A stretch of DNA of 56,885 bases, from NCBI GenBank assembly GCA_041158765.1, contig JBEBAU010000021.1:1-56885 (forward strand). The letters are read 5' to 3'. This document shows positions 34,031-43,525 of this stretch, piece after piece. The position numbers were made by a program, and so were the translations under genes. How positions within the stretch are numbered: position 1 is the first letter of the stretch; each line of letters opens with the position of its first letter. The stretch comes from Candidatus Parcubacteria bacterium. GTDB lineage: Bacteria; Patescibacteriota; Minisyncoccia; Phycocordibacterales; PALSA-1337. The notes under the pieces were generated by a model. It saw only the letters and a program-made list of their open reading frames with translations, searched no databases and was not told where the DNA came from.

Positions 34031-34093
34031 GGAAATTTTCGGACAACTGACTTGATTTCCTTTTAGAATTTATTTCAGTTGTCCGAATTTTAC
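34031..34093. repeat. inverted-repeat element, copy B (24-nt spacer)
   Basis: GGAAATTTTCGGACAACTGA (34031-34050) and TCAGTTGTCCGAATTTTAC (34075-34093). The 13-bp core is perfect. Confidence 0.85.
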
Positions 34094-34135
34094 AATACTG
34101 CTACTAGCTGGCTACGGATAGCCCAAAAAATCCTT

Positions 34136-34621
34136 TTATACACTCGCAGCAACAATCGCATCAATCACAGCCTTCACATCAGCACCGTCAGCCTTGCCTT
34201 TGAATTCGCGCATGATTTCACCCATGAATTTGCCTGAGCTAGCCTTATCGAGCTTACCACCTGGCAATTGTCCGATTTTTGCCAAGACGACTTTTTGAAT
34301 TTCATCTCTACTCATAGAAGCAGGGAGGTATGCTTCTAGGTGCACCAACTCTGCGCGTTCTTTGTCTGAAAGATCCTTTCGGCCACCTTTTTCAAACTGG
34401 TCAATCGAATCCTTGTGTTGCTTCACGCTACGCTTCACAATTGCGAGGGCGTTTTCATCATTAATAAGCTCAGCATTACTCTTGTCGGCAACAGTAGTAC
34501 CTTTTGAAATAAGCTCATTTGAAAAAGCCGTAACAAGGCTTCGAAGCACATCGAGACGCACGCTATCTTTGGCGCGCATCGCATCTTTTATTTGATTTTT
34601 GATGGTTTCATGTAGTGTCAT
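34136..34621 (-). CDS. yqeY: GatB/YqeY domain protein
   Basis: MTLHETIKNQIKDAMRAKDSVRLDVLRSL... is the typical YqeY N-terminus. The start is moved to ATG 34621. Confidence 0.8.
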   Translation of the reverse strand: MTLHETIKNQIKDAMRAKDSVRLDVLRSLVTAFSNELISKGTTVADKSNAELINDENALAIVKRSVKQHKDSIDQFEKGGRKDLSDKERAELVHLEAYLPASMSRDEIQKVVLAKIGQLPGGKLDKASSGKFMGEIMREFKGKADGADVKAVIDAIVAASV

Positions 34622-34625
34622 ATAC

Positions 34626-34635
34626 TGATATACTA
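34626..34635. promoter_or_regulatory. overlapping divergent -10 boxes of yqeY and rmuC
   Basis: TGaTATACT on plus (TATACT 34629-34634, 7 nt before ATG 34642). TGaTAGTAT on minus (TAGTAT is the complement of 34630-34635, 8 nt before the start at 34621). Confidence 0.5.
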
Positions 34636-34641
34636 TCACAT

Positions 34642-35706
34642 ATGACGACAATTCTCATCGTACTTGTAGTTGTGGCTTTTCTTGTGATTATTGGGCTTCT
34701 TGTTGTGCTTTTTTTGAAACAAAAGGCGACAGCTGGGCAACCAAATCAAAATGATATCGGCCTCAAGCTTATTCTCGAGCAAGTTAATGAGCTTTCACGT
34801 ACTGTCGACAAAAAAATCTCCGAAAGTAATCGCCATATGAGCGACAGTGTTCACCGCCAATTCTCTGAATCAAAACAGCTCATCACCGACGTCACTGAGA
34901 AGCTTGCGAAGCTCGACGAAACAAATCGCCAAGTGGTTTCATTCGCAGATCAACTCCAAAGCCTCCAAGATATTCTCAAGAATCCAAAGCAGCGTGGTAT
35001 TCTCGGCGAATATTATCTCGAAACGCTTCTCAAGAACGTACTTCCTCCAGGCAATTATCAAATGCAGTATCCATTCAAAAATGGTGAAATTGTGGACGCA
35101 GCAGTTTTTGTGAAAGACAAAGTAATACCAATTGATTCGAAGTTTTCACTCGAAAACTATCAGCGAATGCTTGATGAACGCGATCCAGCTGAACGTGAGC
35201 GTCTCGAAAAAGCTCTTCGCAACGATCTCAAGCTTCGTATTACCGAAACCGCAAAATACATTCGTCCAAATGAGGGCACTATGGACTTCGCTTTCATGTT
35301 CATTCCGCATGAAGCAATATATTATGATCTCCTTGTGAATAAGATTGGTGAAAGTGATGAAGAAAATCAGAATTTCATCCAACGAGCAGCTCACAAATAC
35401 AAAGTCATCATCGTTTCACCGACATCATTCCTTGCATATCTCCAAACTGTCCTTCAGGGTCTCAAAGCGCTCCAAATAGAGGAGACAGCCAAGGATATTG
35501 TGAAGCGTGTCGAAGAACTCGGCAATCATTTGAAAAAATACGAGGAATATCATGCGAAATTGGGCACAACGCTCGGCACAGCGATAAATCACTACAATGG
35601 TTCATCAAAAGAGCTCAAAAAGGTAGATAAAGACGTTTTGCGCATTACTGGACAGGCTCCTGGTATCGAATCATTGCAACTGGATAAGCCAGATATTGAG
35701 GAATAA
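34642..35706 (+). CDS. rmuC: DNA recombination protein RmuC
   Basis: N-terminal TM helix, coiled coil, and a C-terminal RmuC nuclease-like region (VDAAVFVKDKVIPIDSKFSLENY..., FAFMFIPHEAIY). Confidence 0.85.
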   Translation: MTTILIVLVVVAFLVIIGLLVVLFLKQKATAGQPNQNDIGLKLILEQVNELSRTVDKKISESNRHMSDSVHRQFSESKQLITDVTEKLAKLDETNRQVVSFADQLQSLQDILKNPKQRGILGEYYLETLLKNVLPPGNYQMQYPFKNGEIVDAAVFVKDKVIPIDSKFSLENYQRMLDERDPAERERLEKALRNDLKLRITETAKYIRPNEGTMDFAFMFIPHEAIYYDLLVNKIGESDEENQNFIQRAAHKYKVIIVSPTSFLAYLQTVLQGLKALQIEETAKDIVKRVEELGNHLKKYEEYHAKLGTTLGTAINHYNGSSKELKKVDKDVLRITGQAPGIESLQLDKPDIEE

Positions 35707-35765
35707 TAGAGTGATAGGGCGTAGCAGCGTGAAAGGGCTTGCCATTTCAACACATATAGTATAGA

Positions 35766-36125
35766 ATGACTCCCACTATGGCTACATCAGCAAAGGCAAC
35801 AACATCAAAGGAATTCGCAATCGTTCAGGACGGTGGTAAGCAGTACCAAGTTTCTGTTGGCGATTCTATTAAGATAGAGAAGAAGATCGGTGAATATAAG
35901 GAAGGCGATGCTATCGTTTTTGACAACGTTTTGCTCGTGGATAATGGTTCTGAGACAACCGTTGGTGCTCCTTTCATCGCAAAGGCTTCTGTTTCAGGCA
36001 AGATTGTGAAAATCGGCCGAGCAGCTAAGGTTAATGTCATCAAATACAAGCAGAAGAGCAAGTATTTCAAGAAAAACGGCCACCGACAACCATTCTTCGA
36101 GGTCAAGATTGAATCAGTGAAATAA
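35766..36125 (+). CDS. rplU: 50S ribosomal protein L21
   Basis: FAIVQDGGKQYQVSVGDSIKIEK ... KVNVIKYKQKSKYFKKNGHRQPFFEVKI. Confidence 0.9.
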   Translation: MTPTMATSAKATTSKEFAIVQDGGKQYQVSVGDSIKIEKKIGEYKEGDAIVFDNVLLVDNGSETTVGAPFIAKASVSGKIVKIGRAAKVNVIKYKQKSKYFKKNGHRQPFFEVKIESVK

Positions 36126-36158
36126 GCTCTCTCTCAGAGCTTTCAGACAAAAGAAAAA

Positions 36159-36193
36159 ACCGTACGAACCAGTGATGGTACGTGCGGTTTTTC
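36159..36193. terminator. bidirectional intrinsic terminator between convergent genes
   Basis: 13-bp stem (one mismatch, one G-T) ACCGTACGAACCA/TGGTACGTGCGGT flanked by an A-run and a T-run. Confidence 0.65.
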
Positions 36194-36213
36194 TGAATCG
36201 GAATTGTTATTGA

Positions 36214-37215
36214 TTATGGGATACTCTCGCGGAGCCGAAAATAGGCTTTTTCTCCGTATTTGGTCATATTCACCATAGCGGGCATTTCTTTCAGCACAGT
36301 AGTGTTGTCAGCTGAAATAAATCCGACATCTTCCCAATCAACCAAGTTGGTGCTTGCTTCGACACTGTAGGCAATATTCGGTCTTTTAACACCAAACATT
36401 GCAACCAATTTAATTGGTCCATCATAATCCATCAAGAAAAAATTCTCGATGCGGGCGAGTTGATTCGTTGCCGAAGGGCTCGCAGCAAGTGGACTTGCAT
36501 CGTAAACATTGAATGCGAGTTCACCGCCAACTGCGCCCGTATCAACTTTCACCGAGAAGGAGGCTGTTTGCCCAACTGCAACCACATGCGACAAGTCGCG
36601 AAATGTTGTGATTGCATGTGGCCGATAAGTCGGGGACACAGCTTCCAACGAATTCATGCTGCCACGAGTCAGTGGCCCAACAAATCCTGTTACCGGTAGG
36701 CTATGTAAAGTTTGATACTTAATCACAGCGGCTTCTACCGCAGCGTCAAAGATCGCATTTTCATAGCCCGGCGAGTGTGGACCAGAAGCTGCAATCTGTG
36801 TATTCGTATCAGTATTTAAGATTCGCTGAAGCTCGAATACCTGCAGTCCCGTCGAACCGACTTGCATATCAACCACAAGCGTTCGCTGGGGGATAATAAG
36901 CTGTTCAGCGTCGAGCAGGGTTGAACCTTGATAGAGGTAGGCTGCTGTCAGATTCGTAATCTCGGCTAACGTGCCTTCGACTACAACAGACAGTGAATCA
37001 ACCGGGGTGGGGTTAATGACCGTAGTGGCATTAACGATAATCCGACCCACAAGTGCCTGATCCGAATCAGGCGGAATGTTACCAGAAGTAACAGTCCCGT
37101 CTTTGTCGAGCAGGGCACCGGACTGAAGGATGAACTGTTGCGCGTGTGCGAGGTTCGTGACGATGGTGAATAGCCCTTGGATAACCAAGGCCAATAGGAG
37201 GATGGACTTTTTCAT
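36214..37215 (-). CDS. hypothetical secreted protein with peptidoglycan-binding domain (GC-richer)
   Basis: Signal peptide MKKSILLLALVIQGLFTIVTNLAHA. PG_binding_1-like LQVFELQRILN...AAVIKYQTLHSLPVTGFVGPLT. C-terminal ...STNLVDWEDV...YFRLRESIP. Confidence 0.65.
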   Translation of the reverse strand: MKKSILLLALVIQGLFTIVTNLAHAQQFILQSGALLDKDGTVTSGNIPPDSDQALVGRIIVNATTVINPTPVDSLSVVVEGTLAEITNLTAAYLYQGSTLLDAEQLIIPQRTLVVDMQVGSTGLQVFELQRILNTDTNTQIAASGPHSPGYENAIFDAAVEAAVIKYQTLHSLPVTGFVGPLTRGSMNSLEAVSPTYRPHAITTFRDLSHVVAVGQTASFSVKVDTGAVGGELAFNVYDASPLAASPSATNQLARIENFFLMDYDGPIKLVAMFGVKRPNIAYSVEASTNLVDWEDVGFISADNTTVLKEMPAMVNMTKYGEKAYFRLRESIP

Positions 37216-37362
37216 AATTTTTTCCGTATTCAGATGTCGAGGAACTGCTTTAGTTCGTTGAGTTTAAGGTTTTGAACAGTTTCGGCCTACCATATGGCAG
37301 GTCGTATGCTACATATTATAGCACATATTTCTGTATAATGCAAGTACGGCTCAATATAGCAG

Positions 37363-37986
37363 TTACGCGCGATTCATGAAAGCACTTCGAATGGTCTCTC
37401 CATCAGCATATTCAAGCTCACTTCCAGTTGAAAGACCTCGGCCGAGAATAGTGACCGTAATGCCTTTTTCTAGTGCAATCTCTTTTGTGATAGATCGAAT
37501 GAAATCAGTAGTGTGTTCGCCATCAGGAGTAGCTGAAAATGAAAGCACGAGTTCTTTGATTGGCGTAGCACCAGTTTCAAATGAACTCATAAGTCGAGCG
37601 ATTAGTTCACGTGACCTCACGCGATTTTCTGGATTCTTTTCAAGTATTGGAACAACACCACCAAGAATGAAATAGAGACCTTGATGCACATGCGTCTTTT
37701 CAATTGCTTCAAAATCAGCGTCTTTGCTCACAACAAGCAAGACTGATTGATCGCGATTTCGGTCAGTACAAATAGGGCAGAGTGAGGCATTTGATTGCGT
37801 ATTGAAAAAGCGAAAACAGCGATTGCAAACATGTACCTGCTTCTTTATTTCAAGTATAAGACGTGAAAGTTCCTCAAGAGCGGCAGTATTGCGTGTGAGA
37901 AGATAATAGACGAAACGCCTCGCTTGGCGTGGGCCAATACCAGGAAATTCGCGGAAATATTCAGTCAGTCGAGAAATAGGATCCAT
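37363..37986 (-). CDS. recR: recombination protein RecR
   Basis: EFPGIGPRQARRFVYYLL helix-hairpin-helix, a CxxC...CxxC zinc finger, and a Toprim region. Confidence 0.93.
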   Translation of the reverse strand: MDPISRLTEYFREFPGIGPRQARRFVYYLLTRNTAALEELSRLILEIKKQVHVCNRCFRFFNTQSNASLCPICTDRNRDQSVLLVVSKDADFEAIEKTHVHQGLYFILGGVVPILEKNPENRVRSRELIARLMSSFETGATPIKELVLSFSATPDGEHTTDFIRSITKEIALEKGITVTILGRGLSTGSELEYADGETIRSAFMNRA

Positions 37987-38012
37987 GCAGGAAATTATAA
38001 CGCTTGTCAGAA

Positions 38013-39425
38013 TCAGAAGCTACCGCCACCAGAGCTACCCGCATCAAAATCACCGAATTCGCCCTTTTCCATAGTGATGAATGATGTCTTTTCTTTGTCG
38101 AAGAAGAGTTTGACGACACCAGTAGGTCCGTTTCGGTGCTTTTCAATAAGAATTTCTGCTTCTTGCTTGCGACCTCCACCCTCATCATTCGATTCGCGGT
38201 GAATGAACATAACAACATCGGCATCTTGCTCGATAGAACCGGAATCTCGAAGGTCGGAGAGACGAGGCTTACCACCACGCTGTTCAACAGCTCGGGAAAG
38301 CTGTGAAAGTGCGATAACAGGCACATCAAGCTCTCGGGCAAGGTGTTTCAACGATCGAGATATTTCGGTAACCTGCTGAACGAGATTGTCGGCTTTGTGT
38401 TGACCAGTCGGCACCATAAGTTGGAGATAGTCCACGATGATGAGACCGAGACCTTTTTCACTCTTGAGACGGCGCGCAACTGAGCGCATTTTCAAGATAT
38501 TGTTACTTGATTGATCATCTATATATATAGGTGCGTGCGCGAGACGATCCATAGCCTCACGAATAGCCTTGAAATCGTTTTCAACTGAGAGATTGGCACC
38601 TGTTCGAATCTTCCATGAATCAACCTGTGATTCCGCCGAAAGCATACGATCAACAAGCTGCTGTGAGCTCATTTCGAGAGAGAATATACCGATTGGGACA
38701 TTGTGCTCGATCGCAGCTTTGCGAGCAATATCAAGAGCAAGCGATGTCTTTCCCATAGATGGTCGAGCAGCGAGAATAATGAGGTCAGACTTTTGGAAAC
38801 CAGAGAGCATCTTATCGAGATCTCTGAATCCAGAACGTACACCACGCAATTCACCCTGAGACTTGCTTAGCGTATCAATACGTTCCATTGCTGAGACGAG
38901 TTCATCACGAATTGCGACGAATTTGTGTGTGCCGGTGAAATTAGTAACATCATATACACGCTTCTCAGCTTGATCGAGGATTTCTTCGATATCACCCTCT
39001 TCGTCGAATCCAAGATTCCCAATGTATTCAGATGCGCTAATAAGATCACGCATGAGATGCTTTTTCTGGACAATATCGGCGTAGTGCTTGGCATTACTTG
39101 AAGAAGGAACGCTATTCACGAGCTCCGTGAGATAACTCATACCACCAGATTGTTCAAGAAGCTCTTTTTCTTTCAATCGAGATGAGAGGGAAAGGAGGTC
39201 AATTGGAATTCCCTTATTCTGAAGCTCGAGCATAGTTGCCCAAATATTGCTGTGGCGATTGGCATAAAAACTTCTTTCATGAATCACGTCGACAATTTCA
39301 TGGAAGACTTCTGGACGAATCATCACAGAACCGAGGAGGGCTTTTTCAGCTTCGAGAGATTGCGGAGGGATGCGAAGATCCTTCGCTTTGAAATAGGGTG
39401 AAGCTGTGCGAGCTGTTTCATTCAT
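38013..39425 (-). CDS. dnaB: replicative DNA helicase DnaB
   Basis: PPQSLEAEKALLGSVM N-terminal domain, Walker A ARPSMGKTSLALDIA, LIIVDYLQLM, and SRSLKHLARELDVPVIALSQLSR. Confidence 0.95.
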   Translation of the reverse strand: MNETARTASPYFKAKDLRIPPQSLEAEKALLGSVMIRPEVFHEIVDVIHERSFYANRHSNIWATMLELQNKGIPIDLLSLSSRLKEKELLEQSGGMSYLTELVNSVPSSSNAKHYADIVQKKHLMRDLISASEYIGNLGFDEEGDIEEILDQAEKRVYDVTNFTGTHKFVAIRDELVSAMERIDTLSKSQGELRGVRSGFRDLDKMLSGFQKSDLIILAARPSMGKTSLALDIARKAAIEHNVPIGIFSLEMSSQQLVDRMLSAESQVDSWKIRTGANLSVENDFKAIREAMDRLAHAPIYIDDQSSNNILKMRSVARRLKSEKGLGLIIVDYLQLMVPTGQHKADNLVQQVTEISRSLKHLARELDVPVIALSQLSRAVEQRGGKPRLSDLRDSGSIEQDADVVMFIHRESNDEGGGRKQEAEILIEKHRNGPTGVVKLFFDKEKTSFITMEKGEFGDFDAGSSGGGSF

Positions 39426-39617
39426 GTAATCATTCTAACATGAAGAAAAAATGTGCAATCAGTCGCGCAAACTAAAAAAGTTGATAGATTGTGTATAACT
39501 TGTGAAAAGGCTCTATTTTCAAGCGTACATTTTATTGAAAATTGAGATTTTCTTTATAGAAAATTCATTTCGAATTGCTATGCTTATTTTATTATTGGTA
39601 TAATTTCAAAAAAATTC

Positions 39618-39878
39618 ATGGATCAGGAACACAAACTAACTGAAGCAGTACGTAATGTTGTACGTGAGGATACAATTAGAATTATGTATGAAAACATAAC
39701 ACCAATTATTGAGGCGGTTACGCACAGAGAATTCGAAAAGTTTAGAAAAATCATCCGTGAAGATGTTCGTAATGATGTTATAGAAATCATTGGCGCAGCT
39801 TTTGAAGAATTTTCTGAAATTATCGACAAAAAAATCGATACGAAAATAGCCACATTAAAATCAGAGCTCGCGCACTAG
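39618..39878 (+). CDS. hypothetical small helical protein (86 aa)
   Basis: ATG lies 13 nt after TGgTATAAT (39596-39604). Charged helical sequence loosely similar in style to the ORF at 54648-54962. Confidence 0.45.
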   Translation: MDQEHKLTEAVRNVVREDTIRIMYENITPIIEAVTHREFEKFRKIIREDVRNDVIEIIGAAFEEFSEIIDKKIDTKIATLKSELAH

Positions 39879-41252
39879 GAAACCATCTTCAGTATCCTTG
39901 AGGCCATAACCGCGGTCCTCAATCTCTTTTCGGAGAGCATCTGCTTTTGACCAGTCTTTTGCTTTGCGAGCTTCATCACGGGCTTCGGCAAGTACCAATA
40001 TTTCTGGAGGAATATCACCGGTAGCGAGGACAGCGTCTGCACTAGCACCCTCAATGTGTTTCAATCCGGCCAAACCAAGACCGAACACTCGATCAAAATC
40101 AAGCAGTGTTGCGCGCTTATCAGCGTCAGATACTGTTTTGTCTTTCACCAATTCCCACACAAGAGCAATTGCTCGAGGCATATCAAAATCATCACTGATG
40201 AAATGCACGAACTTCTCTATATATGCCGGAGCAACATTGCCACCCTCACTCCAACCAACAAAATGCTCAGCGAGACGAATGAATGCCTGTTGCGCAGCTT
40301 TCACCGCATCAATAGTGAAATTTACTTGTGAACGATAGTGAGAAGTGAGAAGCCAATATCGATATCCGAGTGGGGAAATAATTTCAGCTTCAATATCTGC
40401 GAGCTTGAGGAAATTACCCTTAGACTTCGACATTTTCACATCCTGTACATTCATGAAGCCACCGTGAATCCAATAATGCACGAAGGGTTTGCCTGTTGCG
40501 GCTTCGGATTGAGCGATTTCATTGGTGTGATGGGGGAAGATGAGATCGCTACCACCTGTATGGATATCAATAGTATCGCCAAGCGCTCGAGTAGCCATCG
40601 CTGAACATTCAATATGCCATCCTGGACGACCATTACCAAATGGCGCCTCCCAAACTGCTTCACTTATCTCACCATCGCTGAACTTCCAAAGCGCAAAATC
40701 TCGAGGATTCTCTTTTTCATATTCATCATTCGAAATACGCTCTCGCAAAGATTCACTTGAAGTTGTCGCGAGACCTCCAAGCTTGGCAAGCGAACCATAA
40801 CCAATAGACTTACCAATGCTGAAATAAATGCCGTCTTTGCTTGGATATGCAAATCCTTTTTCAATCAAGATACTGATCATTTCAATCATATCTTTCACAT
40901 GATCTCGCGCTCGCAACACTCGATGTGGTTCAAGAATATTAAGTGATTGTATATCTGAAAGGAAAAGCTTCTCATATCTGCGAGTTAACTCATCGAGCGT
41001 AGTGTGTTCATCGCGACTGCGGTTGATAGTCTTATCATCAACATCAGTAATATTCATGACTTGTGTCACAAAATAACCCTGATACTCAAAAACTCGGCGA
41101 ATAATATCGTCCATGACAAAAGTACGGAGATTTCCAATATGTGCAGTGTCATAGACCGTTGGTCCACACTGATACATACCCATTCGCCCTGATTCGATTG
41201 GTTTGAAAAGCTCTTTTTTGCCACTAGCAGTATTGTGTATGAAAATTTCCAT
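39861..41252 (-). CDS. cysS: cysteine--tRNA ligase
   Basis: MYQCGPTVYDTAHIGN (HIGH region), KMSKSKGNF, and WHIECS zinc/cysteine site. Confidence 0.95.
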   Translation of the reverse strand: MEIFIHNTASGKKELFKPIESGRMGMYQCGPTVYDTAHIGNLRTFVMDDIIRRVFEYQGYFVTQVMNITDVDDKTINRSRDEHTTLDELTRRYEKLFLSDIQSLNILEPHRVLRARDHVKDMIEMISILIEKGFAYPSKDGIYFSIGKSIGYGSLAKLGGLATTSSESLRERISNDEYEKENPRDFALWKFSDGEISEAVWEAPFGNGRPGWHIECSAMATRALGDTIDIHTGGSDLIFPHHTNEIAQSEAATGKPFVHYWIHGGFMNVQDVKMSKSKGNFLKLADIEAEIISPLGYRYWLLTSHYRSQVNFTIDAVKAAQQAFIRLAEHFVGWSEGGNVAPAYIEKFVHFISDDFDMPRAIALVWELVKDKTVSDADKRATLLDFDRVFGLGLAGLKHIEGASADAVLATGDIPPEILVLAEARDEARKAKDWSKADALRKEIEDRGYGLKDTEDGFLVREL

Positions 41253-41264
41253 GAAAGAATGCGA

Positions 41265-42185
41265 TTATATCCACTTACGATACCTGAAAAATGCAATCAT
41301 ACCAAATGCACCAATAATCATTGCTCCGAAAATAATTTCAAAATCAAATGGCATTCCAATAATCGGCGTACGTGATGTCGGCATTGAGAAAATATCAGTG
41401 AAAAGGGAAAGAGGGAATGTGATGAATGCCATGAGGGTGAGCATTTTCATTGTCTCATTCTGTTTTGTTGAAAGAAGGGAATCGTTGGTCTCTCGAAGCT
41501 CACGCACAAGTTCATAGAGATTCTCGGCGGTACTTGAGACTTTTTTGTACTCAGCAACAATATCATCAGTGTGATATCTAAAATTAGGACTGAAAAATTT
41601 CTCCATAGCAAGACCGACAAGCTCGAGCACTTCATCATGAGTTCGGAATATCTGCTGTACATCAATGACTTCACGACCAATATTAGAGAGTACGAGCACC
41701 ATGCGCTTCTCTTGTCCTTCAAAAATCCGTCGCTCTGCATGTGAAAGGTCATCTCGAAGGTTTTTGAGATCTCGATACGCATGCGTATAGAGTTTTTTCA
41801 TCATGTAGTAGAAGACGAAACCTGCATGTTCGCCAATGCCTTTTTTATCAATAATTGAATTTGTTTCAAAGACTTTTGAAAAAGCGTGCAACGGCTCAAT
41901 TGTGCTGTATCTTGTTGTGATAATGAAATCTTTGCCAACAACAAAATCAATCTCCTTTTTTGATATGAGACCTTTGCTGCCTTCTTTTGTGCGAGAAGGA
42001 ATATCGAGGGAAACGTACACACAATTTTTGAATAATTCGACACGAGGTTCAGAGCTCGGTGTTGCAAGTTCGTCTCCAATTGTTGTGTGGAGGTCGTACT
42101 TCTTGATGATATCTGAGATTTCGGTCTGCGTTGGAGATTCGAGATCTATCCAAACAAGATCATTGTAGCTGTATGTGTGTACCAT
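41265..42185 (-). CDS. CorA-superfamily metal transporter with non-canonical pore motif
   Basis: CorA-like cytoplasmic domain and two C-terminal TM helices ending ...FFRYRKWI. The position of the YGMNF motif reads FSMPT (SMP at 41379-41387). Confidence 0.75.
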   Translation of the reverse strand: MVHTYSYNDLVWIDLESPTQTEISDIIKKYDLHTTIGDELATPSSEPRVELFKNCVYVSLDIPSRTKEGSKGLISKKEIDFVVGKDFIITTRYSTIEPLHAFSKVFETNSIIDKKGIGEHAGFVFYYMMKKLYTHAYRDLKNLRDDLSHAERRIFEGQEKRMVLVLSNIGREVIDVQQIFRTHDEVLELVGLAMEKFFSPNFRYHTDDIVAEYKKVSSTAENLYELVRELRETNDSLLSTKQNETMKMLTLMAFITFPLSLFTDIFSMPTSRTPIIGMPFDFEIIFGAMIIGAFGMIAFFRYRKWI

Positions 42186-42225
42186 ATTTCATAAGTATAC
42201 TATAATAAGGCGCACAATACATAGT

Positions 42226-43479
42226 ATGAATACACACAAAGAAACAAAAATCATCGTTTGGACTGTTGGAATATTAATCGCAATAATTCTATTTTGGGTA
42301 GGTTTTACTACAGGCAAATATTCTGAAAAGGTTGCAGCAATTGAACACCCTAAGGTAAGCGCGTCAAACACAGTTGTTACCGAGGCTCAACTTGCACCAT
42401 TTTGGAAGGCATGGGCAATTCTCGATCAAAAATTCGTAACAGCAGGAAGCACAACAGCTCAAGATAAGATTTGGGGTGCAATAAAAGGCCTCGCTGCTGC
42501 AGAAGGTGATCCATACACGGTGTTTTTCCCTCCAGCTGAAAATACTGCTTTCAAGGAAGAGATCAGTGGTAACTTCGAAGGTGTCGGTATGGAAATCGAC
42601 TCAAAAAATGGCGTACTCACTGTCGTAGCACCACTCAAAGGTAGCCCAGCCGAAAAAGCCGGCATACACACCGGTGATATTGTTTCAAAAATCAACGGCA
42701 CCTCAACAGAAAACATGACCACCAATGCCGCTATCAAACTCATCCGAGGCCCGAGCGGCACTACAGTAACTCTTACTATTATTCGTGAAGGGCTTACCGC
42801 TCCAATCGAGAAGACCATTACTCGCCAGATTATCAATATTCCTACAATTGAAACAGAGAAGAAGGATGGGGTATTCATTATTCGACTCTTTAGCTTTACC
42901 GCTCAATCTCCAGAGCTTTTCCGTGGAGCACTTCGAGAATTCGTACTTTCAGATACCAATAAGCTCATCCTCGACCTTCGAGGCAATCCAGGTGGATATC
43001 TTGATGCTGCATGGGATATGGCGAGTTGGTTCCTTCCTGCAGGCAAAATCGTTGTGACCGAAGACTTTGGAGGCAAACAGGATCCAGTTTTCTATCGAAG
43101 CAAGGGCTATAACATCTTCAATGACAATCTCCGTATGGCCATTCTCGTAAACGGAGGATCAGCGTCAGCAGCCGAAATTCTTGCTGGAGCTCTTCGAGAG
43201 AATGGAATTGGACAGCTTGTCGGAACCAAAACATTCGGTAAGGGCTCAGTTCAAGAACTCATACCAATTACCGAAAACACATCCCTCAAGGTTACTGTTG
43301 CTCGATGGCTCACTCCAGCAGGTCACAATCTCTCTCATGACGGCCTCGTTCCCGATTTCATCGTTGCTGATCCTAAGCTTGATGCAAGCGCCACATCAAC
43401 AACTCCAGCGTCAGTCAAAGCTGCCAATTTGAAAGTTGATGCTCAGCAAGACAAAGCTATTGAAATCCTCAAAAAATAG
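42226..43479 (+). CDS. carboxy-terminal processing protease (peptidase S41) with PDZ domain
   Basis: GVGMEI...[45 protein letters not shown], and FGKGSVQ. ATG 42226 chosen. Confidence 0.9.
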   Translation: MNTHKETKIIVWTVGILIAIILFWVGFTTGKYSEKVAAIEHPKVSASNTVVTEAQLAPFWKAWAILDQKFVTAGSTTAQDKIWGAIKGLAAAEGDPYTVFFPPAENTAFKEEISGNFEGVGMEIDSKNGVLTVVAPLKGSPAEKAGIHTGDIVSKINGTSTENMTTNAAIKLIRGPSGTTVTLTIIREGLTAPIEKTITRQIINIPTIETEKKDGVFIIRLFSFTAQSPELFRGALREFVLSDTNKLILDLRGNPGGYLDAAWDMASWFLPAGKIVVTEDFGGKQDPVFYRSKGYNIFNDNLRMAILVNGGSASAAEILAGALRENGIGQLVGTKTFGKGSVQELIPITENTSLKVTVARWLTPAGHNLSHDGLVPDFIVADPKLDASATSTTPASVKAANLKVDAQQDKAIEILKK

Positions 43480-43525
43480 CAGTACCATACAAATATCAAT
43501 TACACAGTTAATCATTCACACATAT

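Noticed and set aside
39490-39498. TGTGTATAA, one mismatch from the DnaA box TGTGGATAA, in the region upstream of dnaB.
   Set aside because: It is a single isolated near-match, with no cluster of boxes, no adjacent dnaA/dnaN and no obvious AT-rich unwinding element. This is not enough to call an origin.
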